From Fibrobacteria bacterium (GTDB lineage: Bacteria > Fibrobacterota > Chitinivibrionia > Chitinivibrionales > FEN-1185), in contig JBBIGR010000012.1 in assembly GCA_037447435.1 (NCBI GenBank), positions 32,001 to 96,000 on the forward strand: a stretch of DNA of 64,000 bases, read 5' to 3'. A program made the position numbers and the translations under genes. How positions within the stretch are numbered: the stretch's first letter is position 1; each line of letters begins with the position of its first letter. The notes below the pieces were generated by a model, which ran no database searches, was not told where the DNA came from, and was given only the letters and a program-made list of their open reading frames with translations. Positions 52,378-63,302 of the stretch are shown piece by piece.

Positions 52378-53661
52378 TCAGAACGTTCCGGTAATAATAA
52401 TTTCCGGTCTGGTCTTTAGCTGATTATTATAAGCATTGGTCGGCGCGTTCTGGTTTAATTCGGTAAAAAATAAACGGACTCGAGGCGTTATCGAAAAGTT
52501 CTTATTGATCGCCCAGGCATACTTGATATCAAAGAAAGGATACCAGTCGTTTACCGTCGTGTCGCTCAAATTCACATCGTTCGAAAGAAGGAAATCGAAA
52601 TCCAATTTTCCCGTCGCGAATTTCAATGTCGTGCCGATTCCGGTTTCCGTACCGTACCGGTCATAGAATTTATCGTACATTTTTCCACCGGCTGCTGTTT
52701 GGTTAAAAGGATCCTTCCAAACGCTATCTCCCCATGACATTGCATTGGAATTTCTTGCATACGCATACCCGGCGCGCAGGCTTGCCATATCGTTGAGTTT
52801 ATATCCGAGATCCATACCCGCACCGTACTCAATGTCGCCTTTTTTCTTTGTAACGCTGTATGTTCGGTTCGGCGTAATGAAAACCTGAGGATTTGCACTT
52901 AAGCCCGCTATTTTCATCGGCAGGTCGAGTAAGAATTCCACTGCCGTGGAATTATATTGCATGCCGGTAGTTGCCAATACGACGCTTCGGTGTTCAAATA
53001 TCGCCGATGTCATATCAATGCCGAGCGAAAAGGGGCCGTTGAGAATGGGCGCACCCAATTTCAACCCCGTCTGACCGAAATTCGTTACCGTTCCCCATGG
53101 AGTATGGGCTGCGGTTTTATAGGTTCTGTTGTTCAGGATAGACGCACCCACAAGGTCCATCATCATAGATCCCTTTACCGGTACGATACCTGCCAGGATA
53201 TGCATATATCCGGGATCCCATTGCGCATATGCAAGGCTGAACCACGGCGTCAACGATTCTCTTTTCAAATAATAATTGCCGGGAATTCCGGTGGCGGTTT
53301 CCGTCCCATACCAGTCGTTACCCAATTCCAAATTGATTAATGTTTGGTCATTTGGTTTTGCATTGACGCCTACTTTATAAGCGATCTGATAACTGTATTG
53401 GGCGCCTTCCATCGTTAAACCGTTTTTGAGATAATTCGTGGAAACGTCTTCCCGCAAACGCAGCATGGCCATGCCATACCATGAAACCGACGCCGCCGCT
53501 GCCGGTTTTTCTACTTTGGCCGCAGGTTTTTCGACCTTTAACGGTGCCGATTGCACAGTTTTTTCAGGTGCCGGTGCAGCCGGGACGACGGTTGTCGTAT
53601 CAGCCGCAAAAACATACCCGCAAAAAGCAAGTAACGATACTACGGAAAGAATCGCACGCAT
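52378..53661 (-). CDS. Probable outer-membrane beta-barrel (porin-like) protein
   Basis: Signal peptide, Ala/Pro linker, amphipathic beta strands, C-terminal Phe (IIITGTF); AAGGAGG SD. Confidence 0.7.
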   Translation of the reverse strand: MRAILSVVSLLAFCGYVFAADTTTVVPAAPAPEKTVQSAPLKVEKPAAKVEKPAAAASVSWYGMAMLRLREDVSTNYLKNGLTMEGAQYSYQIAYKVGVNAKPNDQTLINLELGNDWYGTETATGIPGNYYLKRESLTPWFSLAYAQWDPGYMHILAGIVPVKGSMMMDLVGASILNNRTYKTAAHTPWGTVTNFGQTGLKLGAPILNGPFSLGIDMTSAIFEHRSVVLATTGMQYNSTAVEFLLDLPMKIAGLSANPQVFITPNRTYSVTKKKGDIEYGAGMDLGYKLNDMASLRAGYAYARNSNAMSWGDSVWKDPFNQTAAGGKMYDKFYDRYGTETGIGTTLKFATGKLDFDFLLSNDVNLSDTTVNDWYPFFDIKYAWAINKNFSITPRVRLFFTELNQNAPTNAYNNQLKTRPEIIITGTF

Positions 53662-53933
53662 CAAACCTCCTTGAAAAGGGTGATTAAATATAGTATGTTA
53701 ATTATAACAAATGACAACAATGGCCTATGATCACGGTGCGCCATTCGATTTCTTATGAATGTTGCTAAACATTCACAGGAAAATTTATTGTACAATGTCT
53801 GTTTTGGAAAATCACTAACAATTTTCTAACAATCGAGTTCGTCGCCAGCCATTGCAAGATAAAAATTGACGGGATTTCCCGTAGCAGAATAACCGTTGCC
53901 CCAATTTTTTGCCCATTATATACTTAATACACT

Positions 53934-55862
53934 ATGAAAAGACACGCTATCGCCCTTTGCATTCACCCGATTAAAAATTCCCTCGTTTCAAAAGGGGCTT
54001 TTCGCGAGGCGATCAATGCCTTTGCACAAACCGTGCTCGATATTGGTTCGAATCATCAAAACATACGCCTGAATCTCATTATGCCCGGTTTTTTCCTTGA
54101 AACCATAGACCCCATGCTTTTGCTGCCGCTTCGTGAAATGCATAAACGCGGCGCCATAGAATGGTTGACAACAGGTTATACGGAGCCGTTTTTAAGTTTT
54201 TCTCCCCAATGGCTCATACGGGAAAACCTGAAATACGGCGTCAACACATTTTCCGAATACGTCGGAACCAGGCCGTCGGGCTTTGTGCCGTCTTTTTCAA
54301 ATTGGGAACCGTCGTATATCGATACGCTGCGGGAAGCGCATTTGCCGTATGCGGTTTTATCGCGCTCGCTCCTTCCCAAACAACACCGTAACCGGCTGGG
54401 GTATTGGATAAACGAATTTGCGGGATCATCAATCGTCATTTTTCCGGCCTATACGATTTTTTCCCCAAAAAGCCCTGCTGCCCTCGAATCCTGGATAGAC
54501 CAGCAATTCGACCAGGACCCGTCGCCGTCGCCGTCCGTAAAACTGCTGTGCATAAAATATTTCTTTCAATTGCTTTCGTCCGACACCGCCGCGATCGCCG
54601 ATAATTTGCGTGAAACGGTAAAGGTCCTTGACAAGTTTCTTCTCACATATCAACCAGTCCGCTTTACCGAATTTTTGGCCTCAAATCCGCCGCTCGGTTT
54701 GCAATACGTGCCGCAAAGCATTGTTTTCCATCGCGACGATTCGGAAACCGAACCGAGTTTTCTCAATTCGCTGCACTCATTCGACCAGGTCGGCATCATA
54801 CAACGGAAAATGATGGACGTCGCCGACAATATCGCATCCCGTAAAGAATCAAAACATTTCGAACCGTATAAAAAGACCCTTTTTTTCGTCCAGGACGTCA
54901 ACCGGTACATTCCCTCGGTCGAATCCGGATTCATCAAAGTGCAAGACCGTATGTGGTGTTATGAGAAACTCATCGATATAGAACACGAGCTCAGGGAACG
55001 GGACAAGATCGCCGGCGGTCAGATACGGATATCCGACTTTCTGCGAAACGGCGGCAAAAACATCATTATGACAAACAAGAACGTCGCCGTATATATCGAC
55101 CATAAAAACGGCGGCCATGTTTTCGAATTGGACGTGCGGCGGCGGCGTTGCAACATTTGTGCGGGGTATAATCCGGCGCGTCATTCGTTACCCATGATCA
55201 TCGAGCCCGGAATTTCTCATACCGCCTTCATAGACCATATCGTTTCGAACGAAACGACCGCCGAGGATTTCAAGGCAAAGCGGTTTTTGGAAATCGGCGA
55301 CTTCTTCAGCGGCGCCTTCGAATACAAAATCAAGAAAACCGAATCGAACATTAAGGCAGTGCTTAACCGCCAGGGTTCAATTGTCCAATCGGAAAAAACA
55401 TGCCCGCTTTCCATGGAAAAAGTTTTCGGCCTCGAAAAGGAACACCCTGTCCTGCCGTTCGTATACCAGCTCTCAAATCATTCGCTGACGCCGTATTCTT
55501 TCAGGCTGGCGATCGAAATGACGTTTTCACTCCCCGGCATTGCCGACAATACCGCATTTTTAATGCACAACAAAGACAAAATAGCTGGACTCGGCGGCCA
55601 ACTCATATGCCTTCCGCAGATTTTGCAATGGCATATCGCAGACCCCGTCTGCGGCGTGCGGATTCATTGCGTTTTGCAAAAGCCGATGGACCTGTGGTGC
55701 TTTCCCGCCGTTGACTTAAAAGAAGAGGGCGTCCCGCAGGACGGCGTGACGATCGTGCTTTCGAGCCCGGTTTCGCTCTTGGGCAGCGATATGTGGAGTT
55801 GCATGGGCAAACTCCATTTCAAACGCATGGCACTTTTAGGGAAAAAAACCGATGAGATCTGA
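53934..55862 (+). CDS. GH57 / 4-alpha-glucanotransferase-like protein (DUF1926-type C-terminus), apparently lacking catalytic residues
   Basis: IEWLTTGYTEPFL, GTRPSGF....WEP, DFLRNG...GGHVFELD, AFIDH, EIGDF. Confidence 0.72.
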   Translation: MKRHAIALCIHPIKNSLVSKGAFREAINAFAQTVLDIGSNHQNIRLNLIMPGFFLETIDPMLLLPLREMHKRGAIEWLTTGYTEPFLSFSPQWLIRENLKYGVNTFSEYVGTRPSGFVPSFSNWEPSYIDTLREAHLPYAVLSRSLLPKQHRNRLGYWINEFAGSSIVIFPAYTIFSPKSPAALESWIDQQFDQDPSPSPSVKLLCIKYFFQLLSSDTAAIADNLRETVKVLDKFLLTYQPVRFTEFLASNPPLGLQYVPQSIVFHRDDSETEPSFLNSLHSFDQVGIIQRKMMDVADNIASRKESKHFEPYKKTLFFVQDVNRYIPSVESGFIKVQDRMWCYEKLIDIEHELRERDKIAGGQIRISDFLRNGGKNIIMTNKNVAVYIDHKNGGHVFELDVRRRRCNICAGYNPARHSLPMIIEPGISHTAFIDHIVSNETTAEDFKAKRFLEIGDFFSGAFEYKIKKTESNIKAVLNRQGSIVQSEKTCPLSMEKVFGLEKEHPVLPFVYQLSNHSLTPYSFRLAIEMTFSLPGIADNTAFLMHNKDKIAGLGGQLICLPQILQWHIADPVCGVRIHCVLQKPMDLWCFPAVDLKEEGVPQDGVTIVLSSPVSLLGSDMWSCMGKLHFKRMALLGKKTDEI

Positions 55863-56481
55863 AGCGCTCGACATCACCATCGTCTCCCGCAAGGGTGCGA
55901 TATGGCTCATTTTGTCTGGGCCGTTTCATGCGGAACAGGTACCGGGAATGCGCGAAAAAATCGCGGGCCTCATAGACGACGGCACCCGTAAAATAATCAT
56001 AGACCTTGAAAATATCACCGATATCGACGAAACCGTACCTTCGATGTTTTTAAATCTGCTCAACGTCGTGCGCGGCAAGGGCGGCGACATGCTCCTTGTT
56101 TTCAGAAACGAGGCCCTGACAAAATCTTTTTTGCCCTATAAAAGTCTTTTTTCAATTTATGCCGACGAAAAAGCAATCCCCACTGGCGGCCTGTTTTCCT
56201 TGTGGCGAAAACGGGGAAAACTGTTGTCGCGCAAGACCGGAATCCGTATTTCGCGACCCATCGCCGTTGTTTTGCTTGTAACGCTTTTCGGCTGGATTCT
56301 CACTCTGTTCCTCATTATCAACATGCAACATCAACGGATCAGGCAACAGGAACTTGAAATCAGAACGACCAACGAATGGAAGCGCAACGCGACCGTCGAA
56401 TTGCAAACCTTACGCGAACGGTTGAAACCGCTGGAACAACTCGGTATTACAAAGGACAATACTCCGAAGCAGGGCCCATGA
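55852..56481 (+). CDS. STAS-domain protein with TM helix and C-terminal coiled coil
   Basis: LILSGPF...KIIIDLENITDIDE...GGDMLL STAS pattern; TM IAVVLLVTLFGWILTLFLII. Confidence 0.75.
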   Translation: MRSEALDITIVSRKGAIWLILSGPFHAEQVPGMREKIAGLIDDGTRKIIIDLENITDIDETVPSMFLNLLNVVRGKGGDMLLVFRNEALTKSFLPYKSLFSIYADEKAIPTGGLFSLWRKRGKLLSRKTGIRISRPIAVVLLVTLFGWILTLFLIINMQHQRIRQQELEIRTTNEWKRNATVELQTLRERLKPLEQLGITKDNTPKQGP

Positions 56482-57221
56482 CCAAAACGCATGAAGGCGC
56501 CTTAATACGAATCGGGCTTCTTATCCACGGCAATAAGATCTGGATGTCCGAATTCGTCAGTATTTTCCTCGTCGGCCTGGTCCTCGCCGTTTTGTTCGGA
56601 CTTACCTTGACTATTGTTATCGACGAAGCGGTCATCCATCACAACGACGGGAAAATTTCGGCCCTGCAAAACGACAGCATATCGATCGCCAAAAACATTT
56701 CCGACTATTCCCAGAAAGCGACAATCGTCGACGCGCTTACTTCGTTTCGCGGCAGCTGTATTTCCCGCCAAACAAACACGCAGTTGGCGGAACTTGTTTT
56801 TGCAAGCTCTTCGACCTACGGATACGATCCGTATTTGCTTTTGGCGGTCATTACCGTGGAAAGCAAATTCATCCCGCAAGCCAAAGGCCAGTATCGCTCC
56901 GGCGAATTCAGCGGCGCCTTCGGGCTTATGCAAATTAAATTGGAAACTGCGCAGGAAATCGGGAAAAACCTCGGATTGACCGTCAGGAATGTCGGAGACT
57001 TATACAAGCCGGAAGTCAACCTTGCGGTGGGCGTGGCGTATCTGACGAGGCTCATTGCCCAGTTCCACAGCTTCAAACTCGGCCTGCTCGCCTATAACCA
57101 GGGCCCGGGCGTCATCAGGGAATATCTGAATACGCAGACACCGCTCTCGATCGACTATTACAACAAAGTACTCAAGAATTATTATTTGCTGAAAAAAGCC
57201 TCTGCACAAATCAACAAGTAA
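56478..57221 (+). CDS. Membrane-anchored lytic transglycosylase (SLT domain)
   Basis: LLAVITVES.F, GAFGLMQI, NLAVGVAYL, AYNQG; ATGA overlap with the STAS gene. Confidence 0.88.
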   Translation: MTKTHEGALIRIGLLIHGNKIWMSEFVSIFLVGLVLAVLFGLTLTIVIDEAVIHHNDGKISALQNDSISIAKNISDYSQKATIVDALTSFRGSCISRQTNTQLAELVFASSSTYGYDPYLLLAVITVESKFIPQAKGQYRSGEFSGAFGLMQIKLETAQEIGKNLGLTVRNVGDLYKPEVNLAVGVAYLTRLIAQFHSFKLGLLAYNQGPGVIREYLNTQTPLSIDYYNKVLKNYYLLKKASAQINK

Positions 57222-57230
57222 CAGCGGCCC

Positions 57231-58004
57231 CTACTTGCGGCGTTTCGCTTTTGAAAAGCCGGACACGACCGAAGCGATTTCCTTCATGATCGCGACGCCG
57301 TTTTGGCTTTGCAAAAGGTTCCCGGTCACGATGATGTCTGCGCCGCTCTCGAGTTTTTTTTGCGCCGTTTGCGCGTCGCGGATCCCGCCGCCCACAATGA
57401 CGGGGATTTGCACCTGCGCCTTGACAATAGATATCATTTCGTCCGGCACCGTCGTTTTTGCGCCGCTTCCCGCTTCCAAATACACCATCTTCATGCCCAT
57501 ATATTGCGCGGCAAGCGCGTGGGCCGCGGCGATTTTCGGCTTATGCGCCGGAAGCGGCCGCGTATTACTCATGAATTCGACCGACGTCACGGTGCCCGAT
57601 TCGACAAGCATGTATGCCGTCGCGATCGGCTCTATGCCCATATTTTTAATGACCGGAGCGGCCTTGACGTGTTCGCTGATAAGGTTGACCGGGTTACGCC
57701 CGGAAATGAGGGACAAAAACAGCACCGCGTCGGCATGCCGCGACAACTGCGTCGCATCGCCCGGAAACAGGATCACCGGCACGGTCACTGCTTTCTTTAC
57801 CGATGCTACGAAGGCGTCGAACTCGTGCGTATTGATAAGGCTTCCGCCGATCAGCAGAGCATCGACTCCCGCATCCTGAGCCTGTTTGGCGATTTTCGCG
57901 CCTTGCTTGGGCGTAAAATCGTCCGGATCCAACAGTACCCAATACGATGCGATTTTCGCCTTTGCCTTTGCCGTTATTTCATCGAATACGCTTTTGGATT
58001 TCAT
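57231..58004 (-). CDS. Geranylgeranylglyceryl phosphate synthase family protein (group II)
   Basis: LLDPD, IGGS, ILFPG, SLISGRNP, YLEAGSGA, VGGGIR, IVTGN. Confidence 0.88.
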   Translation of the reverse strand: MKSKSVFDEITAKAKAKIASYWVLLDPDDFTPKQGAKIAKQAQDAGVDALLIGGSLINTHEFDAFVASVKKAVTVPVILFPGDATQLSRHADAVLFLSLISGRNPVNLISEHVKAAPVIKNMGIEPIATAYMLVESGTVTSVEFMSNTRPLPAHKPKIAAAHALAAQYMGMKMVYLEAGSGAKTTVPDEMISIVKAQVQIPVIVGGGIRDAQTAQKKLESGADIIVTGNLLQSQNGVAIMKEIASVVSGFSKAKRRK

Positions 58005-58010
58005 GCTTTT

Positions 58011-60689
58011 TTATGCTGCCTTCTGCTTCAACACTTCGGTGACGGCATCGAGCGCTTCGGAAAGTTTTTGAGGATTTTTCCCGCCGGCTTGTGCCCGGGT
58101 CGGGCTTCCGCCGCCGCTGCCGTCTGTCCGTTGCGCCGCAAGCTTGACCAGTTCGCCGCAATGCACGCTGGCTTCCTTGACCGCCTTTTGTCCCGCAGTG
58201 GCAAAAAACATAGCCCTGCCGTCCGAAACACCGCCTAATACAACGGCAGTATCCAATAGGCTTCTGCTTTTTACGGCATCGGAAACCGCGTTGCAAAGCG
58301 CGGCAAACATGTCTTTTTCGCAAACTCCGCAATCGTGTACCGCATAGGCGATTTTTGCTTTTTGCGACAAGGCCTTTGCCAGTATTCCGTCCGAAAGGCC
58401 TTTGACCTGCGCAAGAGAAGCTTTGGCGATTTTCTGCTCGAGCTCCTTGACATGCGACATCATTCCGTCTACGCGCCCCACCAGCGCGTCTTCCGCGATT
58501 TTAAGGCGTTCGCACAGCTCCGCAATGACCGTTTCCTTACTTTCGAGATATTCCAGGGAATTCATTCCGGTAATCGCTTCGATGCGCCGGATGCCCGACG
58601 CGATGCTTGTTTCCATGGTTATATGAAACAGGCCGATCGTTCCGGTCGCGCTCACGTGCGTGCCGCCGCACAGTTCTTTGCTGACTTTGCCCATAGATAC
58701 GACGCGGACGTTGTCCCCGTATTTTTCGCCGAAAAGAGCCATTGCGCCTTCTTTTTTCGCTTCATCGGTCGCCTTGACAACGGTGGTGACCGGCAAATCG
58801 GCGAGTATCCATTCGTTGACCATGCGTTCCACGGCCTTGATTTCGTCCGGCGTCAGGGCTTTGTGATGTGTAAAGTCGAAACGCAGCGACTGCGGCCCGA
58901 CCCGCGAACCCGACTGCTGCACATGCGTTCCCAAAACCGTCCGCAAAGCCGCCTGGAGCAAATGCGTCGCGCTATGGTTTCTGCGCGTATGGTCGCGAAG
59001 CGACGGCGTAATGGTTGCGGTCAGCGGTTTGGAAAATTCCGACGCATCGACGGCGATGTCCGTTTTGACAACGTGCACGGTCATGTCGTTCCATTTGATG
59101 GTGTCAGCAACCGTAAGCGTATGGCCGACATGGGTGGTCAAGGTACCGCCGTCACCGACCTGACCGCCGCTTTCGGCATAGAACGGAGTGGTTTCAAGAA
59201 TTATGAGGCATTCCTGTATCGCACCGGCTATGGACGCCGTTATCTTGTACCGGGCAACGTTACACGCAACGCTGTCTTTATCATAGCCAACGAATTGCGT
59301 TCCTTGCGTTTGGCGAAGCACGACCCAGCCTTCGGCCGAAAGTCCGCTTTCGTCGCCTTTTTTGGCCGCATCGCGCGCACGCTCGCGCTGTTTCGCCATT
59401 TCTTTATTGAAGCCGGCTTCGTCGACCGTCTGGCCTTTCTCTTCCGCCAATAACCGGGTCAAATCCATGGGAAAACCGTACGTGTCGTACAGCGTGAAAA
59501 CATCGGCGCCCGAAACGATTTTCTGGCCCGATTTTTCCATGGCCGCAATAATGCCCGAAAACTTGTCAAGCCCTTGTTCAAGGGTCGCGTTAAACCGCTG
59601 TTCTTCGGCAGAAATCACGTCGCCCACATATTTCACCCGCTGCTTGATTTCAGGAAAAGCGTCTCCCATCATCGCCACCACCGTGGGCACCAGCGATGCC
59701 AAAAACGGTTCTTTAAACCCGAGTTCCCTGCCGAATTTGCTCGCGCGTCGAAGCAGCCGGCGAAGCACATAGCCGCGACCGTCGTTCGACGGTACTGCGC
59801 CGTCGGTAATCGCAAATACCAATGCGCGGATATGATCGGCAATGACCCGAAACGGGGTTCCATTGGCGTCGGTACTATACGGTTTGCCGCTCATTTCCGT
59901 GAGTTTTTGAATAATGGGGCTAAAAAGATCGGTACTGTAATTCGAAGTCGTATTTTGGAGAATAGAGACGAGCCGTTCCAATCCCATACCGGTATCGACA
60001 TGCTTTGCCGGAAGATCGACCAGTTTGCCGTCTTTTTCGCGGTTATACTGCATGAAAACCAGGTTCCAGATTTCGCGGAAACGGTCGTTCTGGCCATTGA
60101 CGCCCTTAACGGGGTCATTAAAAAGGAGCTTTTGGTTCGCAATGTCGCCGATGTCGTAATGGATTTCGGAGCACGGACCGCAAGGACCGGTGTCGCCCAT
60201 TTCCCAGAAATTGGATTTCGCGCCGAAGCGCATGATGCGCCAATGTTCTATGTCGGTTTCGGTTTTCCACAACGATTCCGCTTCGTCATCCGATTCGTAA
60301 ATCGTGACGAACAGCCGGTCTTTGGGAAGTTTCCAGACAACGGTAAGGATTTCCCAGGCCCAAACAATCGCTTCTTTTTTGTAATAGTCGCCAAAAGACC
60401 AGTTGCCGAGCATTTCGAAAAACGTGTGATGGTAATGGTCGCGCCCCACTTCCTCGAGGTCGTTGTGCTTTCCGGACACGCGCATGCATTTCTGCGAATT
60501 CGCCGCGCGCGTAAGGCCTTCACGGTTTTCGCCGAGGAAAATCGCCTTGAACTGGTTCATGCCCGCATTAGTAAAAAGCAATGTCGGGTCGTCCTGCGGG
60601 ACAACCGGGCTGCTGGGGACAAAACGGTGCTGTTTACTTTTAAAGAATTCTACGAACTGGCTGCGTATTTCGTTTCCCGTTAAACTCAT
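58011..60689 (-). CDS. alaS: Alanine--tRNA ligase
   Basis: [60 protein letters not shown]. Confidence 0.98.
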   Translation of the reverse strand: MSLTGNEIRSQFVEFFKSKQHRFVPSSPVVPQDDPTLLFTNAGMNQFKAIFLGENREGLTRAANSQKCMRVSGKHNDLEEVGRDHYHHTFFEMLGNWSFGDYYKKEAIVWAWEILTVVWKLPKDRLFVTIYESDDEAESLWKTETDIEHWRIMRFGAKSNFWEMGDTGPCGPCSEIHYDIGDIANQKLLFNDPVKGVNGQNDRFREIWNLVFMQYNREKDGKLVDLPAKHVDTGMGLERLVSILQNTTSNYSTDLFSPIIQKLTEMSGKPYSTDANGTPFRVIADHIRALVFAITDGAVPSNDGRGYVLRRLLRRASKFGRELGFKEPFLASLVPTVVAMMGDAFPEIKQRVKYVGDVISAEEQRFNATLEQGLDKFSGIIAAMEKSGQKIVSGADVFTLYDTYGFPMDLTRLLAEEKGQTVDEAGFNKEMAKQRERARDAAKKGDESGLSAEGWVVLRQTQGTQFVGYDKDSVACNVARYKITASIAGAIQECLIILETTPFYAESGGQVGDGGTLTTHVGHTLTVADTIKWNDMTVHVVKTDIAVDASEFSKPLTATITPSLRDHTRRNHSATHLLQAALRTVLGTHVQQSGSRVGPQSLRFDFTHHKALTPDEIKAVERMVNEWILADLPVTTVVKATDEAKKEGAMALFGEKYGDNVRVVSMGKVSKELCGGTHVSATGTIGLFHITMETSIASGIRRIEAITGMNSLEYLESKETVIAELCERLKIAEDALVGRVDGMMSHVKELEQKIAKASLAQVKGLSDGILAKALSQKAKIAYAVHDCGVCEKDMFAALCNAVSDAVKSRSLLDTAVVLGGVSDGRAMFFATAGQKAVKEASVHCGELVKLAAQRTDGSGGGSPTRAQAGGKNPQKLSEALDAVTEVLKQKAA

Positions 60690-61756
60690 GCGACGTCTTC
60701 CTTCTCTTTTGCAACGTCATCGTCGGAACTTTTCTTTGCGCCCGGCTTGAGCTTTTCCTTGATAAGCGATTCGATGGTTGCCATGGTTTCCTTGTTTGTT
60801 TCCAAATATTCTTTTGCCTTTTCCCGACCCTGACCGATACGCTCTCCCCTAAACGAGAGCCATGTCCCGCTTTTTTCGATGATATTATGGGTAACGGCAA
60901 GGTCGATGATGTCGCCGGAAGCGGAAATTCCTTTGCCGTACATGATATCGAATTCGGCTTCTTTAAACGGCGGCGCGACTTTGTTTTTGACAACTTTGGC
61001 CCGTGTCCGGGAGCCAATGACGTTGTCGCCGTCTTTGATTGCCGCGGTACGCCGCACGTCGATACGGACCGAGGAATAAAATTTGAGCGCGTTTCCGCCT
61101 GTGGTTGTTTCGGGGTTGCCGAACATGACGCCGATTTTCATACGGAGCTGATTGATAAATATGAGACATGTTTTTGATTTCGACAATATGCCGGTCAATT
61201 TGCGCAACGCCTGAGACATGAGACGGGCCTGCAATCCCATATGGGAATCGCCCATTTCACCCTCGATTTCAGCCGCAGGCACCAAGGCCGCGACACTGTC
61301 GATGACGATGATATCGACTGCGCCGCTACGGACAAGCGTATCGCAGATTTCAAGCGCCTGTTCGCCGGTATCGGGTTGCGAAACGAGCAGATTATCGATG
61401 TCGACGCCGAGGTTTTTCGCATACAACGCGTCAAACGCGTATTCCGCATCAATAAGCACCGCAATGCCGCCGAGTTTCTGGGCATTTGCAATCGCATGCA
61501 GCGCAAGCGTTGTTTTTCCCGATGATTCGGGCCCGTAAATTTCAACGATACGGCCTTTGGGCAATCCGCCCACACCCAAAGCGACATCCAAAGAAACACA
61601 GCCGGTCGGGATAACCGGAATATCGGTTTCCAAAGAAGCGGTTCCGAGCTTCATTATAGAACCTTTTCCGTGCTGCTTTTCGATTTGACCGACGGCATTT
61701 TCAACAGCCGCAAGTTTGTTTTTGATTTCAGTGTCTATTTCAGGTCTTTTAGCCAT
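60686..61756 (-). CDS. recA: Recombinase A
   Basis: [45 protein letters not shown]. Confidence 0.99.
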   Translation of the reverse strand: MAKRPEIDTEIKNKLAAVENAVGQIEKQHGKGSIMKLGTASLETDIPVIPTGCVSLDVALGVGGLPKGRIVEIYGPESSGKTTLALHAIANAQKLGGIAVLIDAEYAFDALYAKNLGVDIDNLLVSQPDTGEQALEICDTLVRSGAVDIIVIDSVAALVPAAEIEGEMGDSHMGLQARLMSQALRKLTGILSKSKTCLIFINQLRMKIGVMFGNPETTTGGNALKFYSSVRIDVRRTAAIKDGDNVIGSRTRAKVVKNKVAPPFKEAEFDIMYGKGISASGDIIDLAVTHNIIEKSGTWLSFRGERIGQGREKAKEYLETNKETMATIESLIKEKLKPGAKKSSDDDVAKEKEDVA

Positions 61757-61887
61757 GGCTTTTGCTCCTTGATATTCTATTTAAATGTGCCTGCTATTAA
61801 TGAATAGCGGCTTTTACGATAAGTATTCAAAAATACGAAACGGGAAGAGCTAAAGGGGAAAAAGAAATGCCGGCGCACGGGGAAAAT

Positions 61888-62448
61888 TTACGAAAGCCTT
61901 TTAGGCATTCTCTCCAAATATTCAATCAAATCCGAATATTCCTGCCAATGCGGGGTAAACGCGGCATCATGAGTGAGAGCGATACGCCGAAGTTCCTGCT
62001 GCGAAATAAACCGGGCTTCGCCGACTTCCGACGGTTGCAGGACCAAGTCCGGGATTTTGACGTCTTTTTTAGCAACATAGACGTCGCTGAATTCGTTGTC
62101 GACAAATTCGCCGTTATGCTGCACCGATCGATTCACCACCGTGTGTAACAGTTCGAGTTCCCGCGCACTTGCGCAAATGCCGATTTCCTCGGCAAGCTCC
62201 TTTATCGCCGCCTGCATGCTTGTTTCACCCGCAGATATATGGCCCGCGGCGGAAACGTCCCATGCCCCGGGAAAAGACTCCTTGGCCAATGCCCGTTTCT
62301 GAAAAAGTATTTCCTGTTTAGGATTTATGACCCACACGTGAACGGTCCGATGCCAGTCGCCGTTGCGATGGACCTGCGTGCGGGGTTTGCGAATGCCAAG
62401 CGGTTTGCCGTTATCGTCGAGCACATCGAGCAGTTCGACATCGCTCAT
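61888..62448 (-). CDS. Nudix hydrolase
   Basis: HRTVHVWV, QKRA..K, AGHISAGET..QAAIKELAEEIGI. Confidence 0.88.
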   Translation of the reverse strand: MSDVELLDVLDDNGKPLGIRKPRTQVHRNGDWHRTVHVWVINPKQEILFQKRALAKESFPGAWDVSAAGHISAGETSMQAAIKELAEEIGICASARELELLHTVVNRSVQHNGEFVDNEFSDVYVAKKDVKIPDLVLQPSEVGEARFISQQELRRIALTHDAAFTPHWQEYSDLIEYLERMPKRLS

Positions 62449-63191
62449 TTCGGCATTGCTTCACAATAAATAATAAACGCCGGCGGCGTTCCCCCACCGG
62501 CAAACGGAAGGTTTATCGCGATTGCGGGATATGTTTTGTTGTTGATGACCACGGCATTGTCCTTTACTTCCGAAATGGCCGAAATTCCCCCGATGCCGAT
62601 GATCGTCCCGCCCTGTTTCAAGAGTATCTTGTATCCCGCAGGGACTGTAAAGCGCGCCATGAACGCGTCGTCGGCAACGACGCCCCCGTTTGCGAAAAGC
62701 ACGGTATCGAGAATGGTGAATTTCGCCTGCGCCTGCAACGTCAACACTTGCTGGCCTTTGACATTATCTAAAATGAAAGCGGCCTTTTCGGCCAAAGACC
62801 GGTACTCGGGCGCGGGCCCGCCCACGCTTGCGGGAAATTGCCCGCACGAAAGCAAGGTGTCGCGATTGTTGATAATAGACAATAACGAAAAGCCCATGGG
62901 CTCCATGAATTTATTCGCCACTTCCGAAACTTCGGAAGCCGAACGTTCCTTCTCAACCAAAAGCTTCATGGAAAAATCCCTGTCGTTGGCAACCACCTTC
63001 GCAAACGCCGCGACCTGCGCCGCAATGCCGCTTGTTACGTTTGCGAGCTGGACTTCCACCTGATGTTTGATGTTTTGCATATCGGCAATGTCGCCCGGTT
63101 TCATTGCTTTGGGGCCGCAGCCACTCGCCAGTGCAAAGGTTGCGACAAAGAGAATGTTCCGCATATATTTTGCAATACCGTTTGTTTTCAT
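62445..63191 (-). CDS. Hypothetical lipoprotein (Cache-like alpha/beta domain possible)
   Basis: LASGC lipobox; start probably 63191 or 63164 because the upstream extension runs through hairpins. Confidence 0.6.
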   Translation of the reverse strand: MKTNGIAKYMRNILFVATFALASGCGPKAMKPGDIADMQNIKHQVEVQLANVTSGIAAQVAAFAKVVANDRDFSMKLLVEKERSASEVSEVANKFMEPMGFSLLSIINNRDTLLSCGQFPASVGGPAPEYRSLAEKAAFILDNVKGQQVLTLQAQAKFTILDTVLFANGGVVADDAFMARFTVPAGYKILLKQGGTIIGIGGISAISEVKDNAVVINNKTYPAIAINLPFAGGGTPPAFIIYCEAMPK

Positions 63192-63302
63192 AGGGATTAT
63201 TTGCTTTTGTGGAAATAGGGGAAATGTATTATCCGCCCGCATTCCCCCCTGTCTAGAACCCTTTCGGGCAAAGAAAGAGGGGAACTGCTTGTTGGGCTTC
63301 AA

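Noticed and set aside
57235..60683. Long plus-strand ORFs (214, 311, 372 and 369 aa) opposite the GGGPS gene and alaS
   Set aside because: Antisense shadows of conserved GC-rich genes
61757..61887. SOS/LexA box upstream of recA
   Set aside because: Only a weak IR (GCTATT-AATG-AATAGC); no match to a LexA consensus I can support
61888..62448. Nudix protein as an IPP isomerase supporting the GGGPS pathway
   Set aside because: Has WDVSAAGH rather than the catalytic Cys motif of type 1 IDI; treated as a generic Nudix hydrolase
63192..63302. N-terminal extension of the 285-aa ORF
   Set aside because: Runs through two hairpins after adk; the lipoprotein signal begins downstream, so the region is probably non-coding
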